A stretch of DNA of 64,000 nt, taken from Octopus sinensis (taxonomy: Eukaryota). The translations under genes were made by a program, and so were the position numbers. The stretch lies in the NCBI RefSeq assembly GCF_006345805.1, contig NC_043015.1:33356001-33420000 (forward strand). Direction: 5' to 3'. Of the stretch, positions 1 through 12,629 are shown one piece after another. How positions within the stretch are numbered: the stretch's first letter is position 1; every line of letters begins with the position of its first letter. The notes below the pieces were generated by a model. The model had not been told where the DNA came from. It saw only the letters and a program-made list of their open reading frames with translations, and ran no database searches.

Positions 1-300
1 CTTTCATCCTTTCAGGGTCCATAAAATAAGTACCAGCCAAGTACTGGAGTTGATGTAATCAACTTCTCCCTCCCTTCACAAACTCCTAGCCCTGTGCCAA
101 AATTTGAAAGCTTTGAAACATTAGCATCTCAAACGAAATGCTTAGTGACGTTTCAGTTCTGCCAAGATCAACTTTGCCTTCAGAGTTCTTTGCCTCGGAG
201 TTCTCAAACTGGAATACCAGTTGAGCAGTGAGGTCAATGTGATCGACCGATACCCTCCTCCTAAAATTGCCAGCCATGTGCCAACATTTGAAACCATTGT
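1..300 (+). mobile_element. Two tandem plus-strand copies of the Nin/Deu-domain SINE
   Basis: ctttcatcctttcagggtccataaaataagtaccag...tgtgccaaaatttgaaa, then a second decayed unit. Confidence 0.75.
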
Positions 301-1175
301 TATTAATATTAGCCCTGTTCCGTCACTGAAGACCAGTTCTTGGGATTCTTCTGCATCACATTTCTTCTAATAAATCAATTAAATCAATCCTGTTAATCAT
401 CCCTACCAACACACAGTTACGTGATCTCCATAAATGCAGAGCAAAAGCTCGGTCTCTTCTCAAAGAACAGGAAAAACATTGAACGAGAGGTGTCAACTTC
501 TTCAACCAGAATGTGGCACTAATTCCTCTTCCAATAACACAGTGAGAGCCGGATAAGATTAAGAGAGAGGGATTAAATGGAGGCAGGGGAAGGTAGATAT
601 GAAAGGAAACATGGGGGGTGAGGGGTGGCAATAGAAAAGTGATAAAAATTGATATATTTTTTTTCTTAAGCATTAAGTCTCATATTTCTTTACATAGGCA
701 GAGAGGAAGGGAATCTTTTCTGTGTGGTAACATTAATGCTTTCCAAAGTGTGGTTACAGAATGAGAAGTAATACTAAAACGGGAGGGGGGGACCCCCAAA
801 ATCTTTTTTATTATAAATTAATAAGAGACCCTAGATAATATGAATAGGAGGCTGTGATGGTCATGCTTTTCTTAAGATCACAGAAAGAATAGGCTAATGA
901 TTGATTTGACTGAAAATGAAAGACTTATTTGCGAAAATAAGAAAAAAGAATAATGAAGAAAATCCAGTAAAAAGGGAGGAGTTATTTAACAAATAAACTG
1001 ATAACAGGTGTAAACCTGAATAACAGCCAGTCCCCCAGTGTGCCACAGTAGCTGGCCACTGGAATGGATGGGGTGATGAGGAATATGGTTGTCATGGCAA
1101 CACAGAGCAACATTGGCAATGTCATATTTGCTACTAATGGCTTCTGTGGAAATCAGCATGAGAGAGAGAGAGAGA

Positions 1176-1290
1176 GAAGGGGAGAAAGAGGAAGAAGAGA
1201 AGGGGAGAAAGAGGAAGAAGAGAAGGGGAGAAAGAGGAAGAAGAGAAGGGGAGAAAGAGGAAGAAGAGCAGGGGAGAAAGAGGAAGAAGA
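1176..1290. repeat. Five copies of a 23-nt purine unit (GAAGGGGAGAAAGAGGAAGAAGA)
   Basis: The 23-nt period can be read directly; one substitution in copy 5. Confidence 0.95.
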
Positions 1291-4200
1291 GACGTGGATT
1301 GAGTGATGAGAGAAAGGAAGGAAAATGAAAGAGTTAAGGGAGAGAAATACAGGATTTGTAGGAGAGAAAGAGAAGACATTTAAGTATTTCTGCTGTTTTC
1401 TGTTGAAAAATGGCAAAGTTTCTTTACAGAGACACACAGTACTTTTCTTGCTTCCACACAGAATAATCTGTATATCAGCCATTTTACTATAAATAGCAGC
1501 AAGATGTGAATAAATTACACTCCTACTGTTTTAAACAATGATGGACACATTTAACACATCTGACCAGGCCTGGTCAACCTTTTCCCAAGAAGCAGGTTTC
1601 ACGAGACATGGCAGATCATCAGGTGAGCCACACAACTGAAAAACAAATCAAGGTACTTTTACGTTTAGGTAAGTCATTCAGAAAGCCCTGTGAGCTTCAG
1701 TTTGTCAGTGATCACATCAACCAGATGGTCATGGCTGGAATATCATTGATCTATCAATGTTAACCTAGGACAAAAGAACAATAATTGCATTAAGTTTAAT
1801 GCGAGGGAAGAATACAAAGAATTCATAAGCAGGTATTAGCTTGGTAAAGGCAAGAACATCATAGAAATTCCATCATTAATTTTCTATAAAACGAAAAGCC
1901 ATGTGTCTGTTTAAGAATTGCCAGAAAAAAGAACAAGAACTTGAAAGAATTTTTTCACCATTTCAAAAATCAAGTCAGTATCAGAAACCATTGTCTAATA
2001 CTGGAGTCACAATTACACCAAGTCCATGAGGGGTGAGCACTGGCCCTTATTGTGTGCCTACTAAAATACTTTTAACTCTGAAATGCACCAGGCATTGAGA
2101 GAATAACTGCTTCCATAGATGACATCAGTGATCTTCAAACTTCAAAGAAGGCAACAAGAAACAACTGGTTACTGTTTGTTTTTTTTTTAATTCCTACATC
2201 AAGTGGAAACGAATGATGAGTCATGGCTCAGAGAGTAATGCAATCACATGCTGGTAGTCCCTTCCCTCCCCACTCACCTTTAGCAAAGGTGGCAGGCATA
2301 GATATGTGACAGATATATTTCAATACCCTTGTTCAGGTATTTCCCACTTCCTCCCTCTAACAATAACATGATTAAGTAAAACAGGATTGACTAAGAATCA
2401 AAAGTATACTGCCATATTCAGCCCATAAAATCTAACTTTCCGTTTAACAGCCACAACAGTTGCAACACCAGCAAACAAAATATACCTACATCACCATCAT
2501 CGTTTAACGTCCGTTTTCTATGCTAACATGGATTGGACAGTTCGACCGGGGTCTGAGAAGCCTAAGCCTGAGGCTTCCCAGACCAGGCTCCAGTCTGATC
2601 TAGCAGTGTTTCTACAGCTGGATGCCCTTTCCAACGCCAACTACTCTATGAGTGTAGTGGGTGTGTTTTACATGCCACAGGCACAGGGGCCAGAGGAGGC
2701 TGGTAATGGTCACAATCATTTGGTGCTTTTTACGTGCCACCAGTACAATAGGCAAATAGGAAACTACTATAAAATAACAACACTTGGACTTGATAAATAT
2801 AATAAGGAAATCATCATCATTATTGTATTAACGATCACTTTTCCATGCCTACACGGGTCAGACAAAGTCTACTGAGGTGGATTTTCTATGACTGGATACC
2901 CTTCCTGTAATCAACCTTTACAACTTAGTGAGGCGTTATTTCCTGAAATATTTTTACAGAATGAATGACATTTCTTGTATGAATGACTGTGACACTCATC
3001 TTTCTGTCCATCTACCAAGTCCTCTGAAAGGCTTTGGTCAGCTGGGGAGGTGGGTGTCAAAAGAAAAAATTAAGTACAAAGTAGAAACAAACTATTCTGA
3101 AATGAGAAATGGTCCTCCTGGGCCAGTGAGGTCTGTCACTATCAACACAAGAAGCCAAACAGCAAAACTTCTGGTCAGATGTTTTACGAGACAAGACACA
3201 AGAGTCATCCAGTACATCATAAAAATAATGTAGATATTATCCACTTCAACCTAATTTCTACTTCCTCTCAAACCATTTTTGATTGAAACTGGTGACTCTG
3301 GCCATGACCACTTCCCAGTTTTTCACGTTAAGTCAACTTCATCCTCAGTCCATTGCCTCTCAGGGAAATGCTAACTTCTGACATCAACACCAGGCTTCAA
3401 TTTTAAGGCAAAGGGGCAGTATTTGACTAGTACTTTTATTTTATATACCCTGAAAAGATTTAAGGCAAAATTAACCTCAGCAGGATTTTAATTTAGAACT
3501 GGTAGGGGCAACCTTTTCCAAGAAGTAATCTGTATGAGCCATGGGTCATCATTAGGTGGGCTGTATTACTAATAAAATTCAAGTTAATTTTTCTTTAGAC
3601 ATGCCATAGGTCACAAAAATGGCCCATGGTTAATTTAGAACATATGGAGCTGAAATAATTACTGCAATGCATTTTGACCAATAATAATAACATCATTATT
3701 TCTAACAGGTATAAAACCTAAAATTCAATAAAAGGAGTTAGTCAAATAACTCATTTCAGCATTTGACTAGTATTTTATTTTAATGACCTTGAAAGAATAA
3801 AAAATAAAAGGTGATCTCAATAATGATTTCAATAACGACAAAGAGTTCTAACTTGATACATTTTATCCAATGTTCCAACAATCCCGTCCAAAAATATAGT
3901 CAAACGGGAAGGATATTGTTGACTAAATTGTCTTACTGAGAGAAAGAGAGAGAGAAGTTAATAAGGACAATTCATTCGTCCAGTTCATTAACAGGTGAGA
4001 ATATATTGATTTGGTAATATTCACGGTAGTGATTCATCATAAGATATTTTCAAAAGGATATTGAACACACACACAGTTTGTAATACGCGCGCGTGAGCTG
4101 AGTCAGCTGTGAAGAGTTCACTTTATGGCTGGTAAAAACCGATTGAAAAAACTGTTCGATCTATAAATTGGCCGAGGTCATCGTGTCTTTATTGAGTGGC

Positions 4201-4342
4201 TGAGTGAGAGAGAGGAGAAACAATGCTGGCCCCAATACTGAGGGCTGCCAACAGAGTGTGATTTCTACCTTATAAATAAAAAGGAATCAGGAATCAAGAG
4301 GGTGATATTTCGACCAAATCAAAAGACTATGCGGAAACTCAC

Positions 4343-4362
4343 ATGATGTCTTCGTGCAATCC
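4343..4362 (-). other. Candidate 20-nt microexon or end of a 5' exon (GGATTGCACGAAGACATCAT)
   Basis: Long pyrimidine tract ending aaacag| and donor CAT|gtgagt. Confidence 0.35.
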
Positions 4363-4985
4363 CTGTTTGAAGTGTAATAAAAGGGGTTATAAGAAAAGGG
4401 GGCACTACAGAACTATGTAGAAGCCTGCTTGCGGCACGGATGAAAAAGTATTTGCCAAAATTTCAACATGGAAATTCAGTATGTGTAAACACGTGGTTGC
4501 TAGAGACACCAACGGAAGCCTGCATCGATCTAATTCAACGCAGAGAAGAATGTATGAGAACATGTGTGAATGATTTACTATCGATGACCGTGAAAACATC
4601 ATGTGGTGTATTATTTCAATATACAGTCTACAGAAGCATCAACAAAAACATTGGTGGTGATGGTGGTGATCGTTGGGTGGATTTTTTGGTTTTTGTTTAG
4701 CTCCAGGTCAGCCTTATGATTAAAGGCAATCTAGTCAGAAGCAGCCGTTTTTTGGGGTTTTTTTGTATTATAGCGATATGTAGGACTACATTATTTAATG
4801 CTTTTCGGTATGTTGTGATTTGAGTGAAAATATTTCTGGAGCAACCACGCAGAGGTTGCACAGTGTCTGTCGAAAATATTTGTATCTAGAGGGTCTTCAG
4901 TTAGGAAGAATACTCCCAAATCTCTCACTCAATATACACAAGGCTATACCTATATCCTCATTTATATGAATACATACACGTAACA

Positions 4986-5020
<35 letters not shown>

Positions 5021-5355
5021 AGAGAGAGTTTGAGTGTCACAATATAAAACACATACAAACAGATAGACTTAGAAGCACAGACACACTAATGCTCCATCCT
5101 ATATTTGTACACATTAAAAAGTGATCATAAGAACTGTGATATATCCTCACAGTATAATACACACACAAACACCAAATATACATAACACATTACATACACA
5201 CGGTTGTAATACTATATACTTCACTCAGAACTCTACCAGGAAGATAAAAGCAATTTTAAAGATTAAAGTATTTTTTTATGGCTACAGTATTAAATTAGTG
5301 AGCAGAGATAGACCTTCCTCCATAGATATCTTATTAAACAACACAGACGGATGGC

Positions 5356-6098
5356 TAAGGGGTGGGGCACAATGAGTAAGATTTACTGTAGTTTTAACTT
5401 TGAGAAAACATCTTTCACAAATATTCACTACCTTACAAAAACTGTATCAACTAAGCGAATGACCTTCTCTATATGTACTAAATCACTATTAACCTTTATC
5501 GAAAGAATGCCAACATTAATATCCATTCTTAGACATGAAAAAGATCAAAAGAGATGCAACAGAAGTTTAAAAGATCTAGGTCAAATGAAAGAGGTTCAGG
5601 GAAAAATGGTACACGACAGCTTCTTCACAATCTGCTGAAGTAGCACTCTTCATGATAACAAACCAAGCAGTTCAAGGGAAGAGATTATTGAAACTAGTTT
5701 ATTACTCATTCTGGCCCAGTTTAGACACTTTTTTTTCATTTTTTTTCCAGAAAATTGAAAATGACCAAACAAGACATGCGTATGACTTGGAATCCAACAG
5801 AGAAATGAATATTGATTGTTAAGCACCAAAAAATTCTCCGGATATTTTTTCGCAACCTTAATTACAATCGGGTCAAAGTTGAGGGAAATTTTCTTAACCC
5901 CCCCCCCCCAAAAAAAGGGGTACCTTGACAGTCGCAAACTCAACTTCAACAAGTATGCTGATCAATTTTTAACTTTAATGATGATATAACAGTTCAAAAT
6001 AATGATGCAATGAAAACTTGCAATGTAATGGTTTTAAACGGGAAAGGAGAAAAGAAAACTAAAAAAATCATAAATTACTAACTTTGCCCCACTCCCTA
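5356..6098. mobile_element. Degenerate Tc1/mariner-pogo-like DNA transposon derivative
   Basis: TA-bounded 24-nt TIRs (taaggggtggggcacaatgagtaa vs ttactaactttgccccactcccta, 19/24). The minus-strand peptide FLCWIPSHTHV faintly resembles the pogo LPPHTSH motif. Confidence 0.55.
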
Positions 6099-7018
6099 GA
6101 TAGTGATCGCGAGAGAGATAAATAGGCAGATCCTATCCACTGAAGGACAGACAGATCAACAGAAAAGATAAATAGATATAACTGGATATTAAAGTAGAGA
6201 ATAAAATGTATTCGTTATGTTACATGTGTAGTTGGCGATTAAAGTCGACAGTTATGTTGCTAGGTGCGTGTTAAGTATGTGTGCGCAGACACACATGAAT
6301 ATCTGTATATTATACTACATGTAATATATAGGTTAAAGTCGGTCGGTAAGTTTTGTAGGTGGATAGGTAGGTATGTGGCCCAATCAGGTGGAGAAAGTCA
6401 CTTTAACTACTCACCAAGCAAACTAGTTTTAATGTGCATTCATTCTCCCAGCCTGAACTTGACACTGACAAAAATGTTGGTTACTACACCTGATACCCCC
6501 CTGTCTGTCTGTCTCTCACATACACACACTGAAGGCGGGTACTTCCATCGAAACCACACAAAACAGGGAGAGAGAGATCACAAGTCCCTTACATACCTTT
6601 TATTGCCAACGGCATATTTGAATTAAATGAAGCGGAGTCCAGCCGAGATTCAAAATTGGATCGTGGCTAGAGACGACTACTAAACAACACGTGTAGATTT
6701 ATACACACACACACAGAACTCAATACATAAAGTGGAATATTTATATTTCCATAAACAGTGACTCAGAGACCCGGAGTTTCGTAAAGCAGAGGGGACAGAC
6801 GTGTGTCTAGTTTTATCAATACATGGATATAAAGTGTGTTTGTAGTGAATAGAGGGAAACAGACAAACAGATGGGGGAGATGGCTAAATAGACACATGTC
6901 TAAGGCCTTTAATTTACCAAAACCAAGATCAGGTTGGACAACCACAATACATAATAAACAAACATTACTTAATATCAAAACATTATGATGCAAAAAGTGA
7001 AGAGACAGTCGGTCTTAC

Positions 7019-7083
7019 CTAGGAATTCGGGAATCGTAATAGTAAGGTTCCTTTTTTTTAGTGTTTCTAACTGACTTATACAT
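7019..7083 (-). CDS. Candidate alternative first coding exon of dlg1 (MYKSVRNTKKKEPYYYDSRIPR|)
   Basis: ATG at 7083, open to donor TAG|gtaaga in phase 2. The end resembles the DIPR|EPR junction preceding PDZ3 in PSD-95, and the exon lies in a CpG-rich patch. Confidence 0.5.
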
Positions 7084-7571
7084 AGTTGGAATAATAAAAC
7101 ATGGAGAATAGTAGATACAAGTTTATAAAGCTCCACGGTAGATTTATTATTAGATCCTGGGGGGGGGGGGCATCGACGGAGGCGAAACCCCCACCACTTA
7201 TTTGTCGCGCCTGGTGTGGTCGGAGAGGTTTGTTGGTGACAGAGGGTGTGACAACTTCTTAGTAAGAGTCAAAGGGAGACAGACGTATATATATGTCTAT
7301 GTATGTATATATGTGTGTGTATATATATAAACAGAGGGAGCGGTTGTAGGAAATGAAATGTGAATAATTCAATCGATACCAATCATGATGCCGGCTTACA
7401 GCAATTAAGAGAGCAGTGCGAGTGTGTGGTGGCAGGATTTGAATTATTGGTGTTGAGTATATCTAAGTGTTTTGGTCTCAAATGAAAGAGAACCCTGCAC
7501 TCCGAATCGCTAATCCGAGAAACATAACGAAGGGGAAAAGCATGAACGATGTGTAGAGAGAGAGAGAGAGA

Positions 7572-7608
<37 letters not shown>

Positions 7609-9761
7609 GAAGGAGGGAGAAAGGGGGGAGGGGTGAACGGTGAAAAAAAACGAGTCGTGTTGGTCGCTGGATGCACTCTCTACAAAACAGAGGTAGAAAT
7701 GTCACTTCCTCTATTCACTGCAATGGCGGAGATCGTTTACAGTTTCTAAGGGGTTTCGTGTCGTGCCTGGCTATGTTACGTGTACACGCGCACATACTGG
7801 GGTGGATGGTAATGTATATGGCTTAAACCCAGGCCAATCTTGATTGAACAGACCTTATAGGGGTTTGCAGGACAGCATTATCGAATGTGTCTTCCGCTCA
7901 TTTTAGACAGTTGGGTATTATGGTTTGAGAGTAATTTAGTTGCTTTCTCTAGCAAGTCGGCTGACCACATAGAGGTTTCCTCGTTGGGGTTGATGTAAAC
8001 TTGTTTGTGTGTAGCTACGAGGAGCCAAAGACTAAGGGTCAGCCTTTCATCTTCCAGCTCCTTCACCAAACACCCTATAGTCTATTCCCCCACCTCTAAG
8101 GAAACTATGATCAAACCTTAGCGATCGATTAAAGATCGAACCTTTACTTTCATTTTATTAATAATCAGAAATTATAAAAGACTGTTACGAAAACGATATA
8201 TCTCTACCTGCAAATATACGCAGACGCATTCCTATAATTACATAGTGTAGGCATAATGATGGGGAAATAGACAAATAGTTGTAATTGTAGTTCAACCCTA
8301 GGTGAAATCCGATTGAGCAGAGATCTACGACACAAAGTATTTAAACCTTGACCATTCAATCTTAATGAGAATGTAAGATTGCGATGGTGAAGTGTGATTA
8401 AACATTTGGCTACAATTTCTAGCAGTTCGAGCGACCACATACATAGAAATACGTGGTTACCGTGACGTGCGAGAGAAGAAGAAAAAATTATTTGGTTCTT
8501 GGTTTAGTTATCGATATATGGAGAAATAGATAGACAAATGACAGAGATATCGATGAAAGAAAAATCAATTTAACATAATTCTCCACCATCAAGATATTCT
8601 AGATTCCGTTGTATAACATCCAAAGATTTACATCTGGTGCGTGATCAGTGTTTTTAGTGCTAATATGGATATGTGTGTATATGCATGCGTCCACACATGC
8701 ACTTTTTTAAAAACAAGACGAGGAAATTTGGCGAGTACAAGATTTCCGATGGCAGAGATAAGAATAATCTAAACTGTAGTAGTAGTAAATATATAAGTAT
8801 AGAATTCTCTCAGATCTTATCACTATCATCACCATCATTTAGCTTAAATAGTTACCATGTGTACCGTCTCCTCACCCTCATCCCCCCCCTTTCCATTATT
8901 CAATCACTATATTTATAACATCAAACAGTTTCCCTAATTACTTCAATTTCGAAAATATCGAGTTCATTTCCCCCCACGCACCCATTGTGTGTGTGCGTAC
9001 CTATGTGTAGCTAAAGATTTAAGGGTGTGTGTGAAAGTGTTTTAATATAGGAGAGGAAGACCACGGCGGGGCCAATTTCAGGATAATATAGCAAATTTGC
9101 TCGGTAAATCGAAGAGATAATATAGGCTGGCAGACACAGATTCTCTATTGTTCAGGCCAATATTGACATGAGGGAATAGTTATTAAATACCATCATTTAT
9201 ATTCAACATCTTATATATATACAGAGGGAGAGGAAGAACGAGTCTTAAGGAATAGTGAAATTATACGTGGTTAGTTTCTACACCCATACATACAACAATA
9301 GGTGAACGGTGCCATTCCCTGATTGAAGTACGTGGTTGTAGCTGTAGTAGCTGTAATAGTAGTAGTAGTAGTCTGGTGGTGAGGCTGACGATTACGAAAC
9401 ACGCCGGTTGTTGTAGCTGCTATTGTTGCTAGCAAAGCACATCTGTCGGTAACTAGGTAACGTGTTTACGGTGGGATTTACCGTTGCTAAGGCAGAAAAT
9501 AATCGTTATAGTTTTAGATATCAAGACTGAAATGGGAAGCAAAAGAATGTTGTTGTTGTTGTTCTTTTTTTTTCGGGGGGGGGGGCATATGCGCACACAC
9601 ACTAACGCTTCCCATTGATCGTTTACACACTCCGAGAAGCACTTCTCACCGCTTTCTGTGGTGCGCGTGCGCGCATACTACACACATCCATACAAAATAT
9701 GCTTTCATACATATACACCTCTCTCTCTCTCTCTGTATGTGTGCGTATGTATATATCATAT

Positions 9762-9808
<47 letters not shown>

Positions 9809-9874
9809 CCGGAGTAAACACATAATGTGAAACAAGGTGGAAAAAAAGAGTACTCAAATACCAGTGGTAGAGTA

Positions 9875-10010
9875 ATATGCTTTATTTAAAGCAGCAAAAA
9901 TTCTACAAAACCTGTTACTCTGAGTTTCGCGTTGCCGTTCATCAGACGGCAATGCGAAACTCAGAGTTACAGGTTTTGTATAATTTTCTGCTGCTTTATA
10001 TAAAGTATAT
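9875..10010. repeat. ~135-bp near-perfect hairpin with a hammerhead core (CTGATGA, minus strand) as its loop
   Basis: Arms of ~60 nt with few mismatches flank TCATCAG (9939-9945). The minus strand reads CTGATGA-ACGGCAACGC-GAAAC-TCAGA-GTA. Confidence 0.85.
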
Positions 10011-11912
10011 ATATATATATATGTATGTATGTATATATATGTGTGTGTATAAAAGTTGACCATATTAGAGATTAACAACATATTTTATTTTGATTGGGTT
10101 AGTCTCATGGTACTCCGAGTTTCGTCTATAGGTGCACCAGATCTTCAGGCAAGTTATAACTGAAGAAAATGATGGACTTCGTACATTTATATAGATTTGC
10201 TGTGATAGACTGAGATGGCAGAGACTAAATATGATAAAAGGGTAAAATGAAAAAAAAGAAAGGGAAAATAAAGGAAAGTGAACGAAACAAAAGAAAACAA
10301 GAAACAAATATATATATATATGTAGACATTCATACATACAAACATCATGTGTATGTTGTCAAAAATTCAATGGAAGAGCTTTGGTTTAGGGTTAAAATTT
10401 GGTTGTTTGGCCACTGGTGAGAAATTTGGAAAATAGTCCTGGAAGAAAACGTACAAAGACAAACTTTTCCAGCTTCTCTATTTGTTCATGCAATCACATC
10501 TCTCCTTTACATTTGCTCATACAAACATACTTTCCACCTGTCCCCCCAAACAAAAACACACAAACTCTTTCCACATCCTTCTCTCTCTCTCACACAGATA
10601 CTAGAATCATCAATCACATTCAGTTGGATTACATCAAACCATTAAGAGTGTCAGAGCAGTAGAAGTGGCCAGTAGTTATTTGAAACTGGATTGAGAGAGT
10701 AGTGGTGGTCATTAGTTATTTCAGAATGAGACTATTTGGCATGGCTGACAGGACTGAATGTCTTTTGGGGACAGTACTTTTTGGCACTAGAGGCAGACAC
10801 ACACACATGTACATGCATGCACACACACACACACACACACACACACAAGAATGACAGAGCTTGGACTTTCATACTCTGGAAATTATGTCAGTATTGTAAA
10901 ATACCAACAGAAAAAATATAGTAGAAATGCCGGAAAAGTACAATCTGACCATAATTTAGGACATGCAACATTGTAGTTGGAAAGATGAAAGCGAATTGAC
11001 CAGATGTTGCTGTCAAGGACAACCAAAATACAAGAATATAGAAAAAAAGGAAATACCTCCCATTTGATGTATCAACCCCAACACATGATAATGAATTACA
11101 TTAAAAAAAAGCCCATCTTTCTGAATATAAAGATATGGGAAAAAAGATAATGGGAACATGAGGGTTGCAAACAAAAGCTATCGTCATATAAATGGTTACC
11201 ATGAGACTGATTAAAAAACAGCAAACAGACGCATAACCAAAACAGATGGACTTATATGCACACAATGTACTATTAGCTACTATACATGTATTATTTGGAC
11301 AAAACACACACACACAAAAAAGAAAACAAATGCTGCAGGAACCCAAGACACACCTAAAGCAGTGCTCAGCCACACAACGACAGCATGCAACGAAACACAA
11401 ATTCTATGGAAAATAATGGCATAAAACATTTATTTTTCAGCAAGTGAGAGTTTTATGTATGAAAGCCGTTCTGATATAGGTTTTTGATTATATTTTGAAA
11501 TTTCAACACTTTTTTCCTGGATGGAACTGTTAAAGTCCATGAACAGACAAACAGAAATAATAACTGCTATGTTAACCCTCCCCAAACATGCTCCTGCTGC
11601 TGCTGCTGCTTTTGCCAGTAATATAAAATGTGAGATGGAAATAAAATATAGAAAAGCCAACAAAACAGAATGTGAAATAGCTTTTATAGTTAGTGCAGGA
11701 GATGAAACACTATAAATGTATCAATCAACATCGTCAGCGATATCATCACATTCACTGGTAGCAGCAGCAGCAGCACTAAAACCCTCGCAATAACCACCAC
11801 AATGAATACCAACTGCACAACCACTGTCACAATCACCACCACCACCAGCAGCAGCAGAATTGGGTCTCATTATTTATTTAACTATAAACACGTCTATCAT
11901 AATGTTGCTACT

Positions 11913-12090
11913 TAAATCTTCCTGTTAACACATGCCAAGGGCATGAAATAATTTTTACACAAGATTGTCAAAATAGCTAAATGCCTCAACCCAACATACA
12001 TGCATGGATTAATTGGTTTATATAACCATTCATACATACATACATACATACATACATACATGTGTGTGTGTGAGTATTTATAAAGATATA

Positions 12091-12123
<33 letters not shown>

Positions 12124-12158
12124 TTATTTATAAAGATATATATATTTATAAAGATATA

Positions 12159-12205
<47 letters not shown>

Positions 12206-12358
12206 TTATAAAGATATATATATTTATAAATATATATATTTATTATATATATATATATATATATATATTTATAAAGATATATATATTTATAAATATATAT
12301 ATTTATTTATATATATATATATATGTATTTATAAAGATATATATATTTATAATATATA

Positions 12359-12412
<54 letters not shown>

Positions 12413-12629
12413 AATATATATATATATATATATATATTTATTTATAAATATATACACATATATATTTATAAATATATATATACAAACACACACACATATG
12501 TATGTATTTATGAATGGTTATATAAGCCAATTAATACCAGTATATATGTTGGGTTGAGACATTTAGCTATTTTCATATCTCGTGTAAAAATTATTTTATG
12601 TCCTTGGCATGTGTTAACAGGAAAATTTA
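11913..12629. mobile_element. Fold-back/MITE-like element: ~150-bp inverted arms around a compound AT microsatellite
   Basis: taaatcttcctgttaacacatgccaagg...ggtttatataaccattcata is the reverse complement of tatgaatggttatataagcc...ccttggcatgtgttaacaggaaaattta; TA at both ends. Confidence 0.8.

Larger units (their letters stand above)
6100..10130. promoter_or_regulatory. CpG-retaining, largely non-TE region; candidate internal promoter zone
   Basis: Visibly more CG dinucleotides than the flanking intron. Contains a GA tract (~7555-7605), ETS-like cacttcct and YY1-like aatggcgg near 7700-7730, an X-box-like site at 9449-9461 and several minus-strand donors. Confidence 0.5.

Noticed and set aside
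2278-2299. MPATFAK| followed by AAG|gtgagt on the minus strand
   Set aside because: Phase 1, no CpG or promoter context, and a few such donors are expected by chance in 50 kb.
6610-6665. Ankyrin-like peptide NLGWTPLHL in one minus frame
   Set aside because: An isolated 9-mer followed by a stop, with no repeat context.
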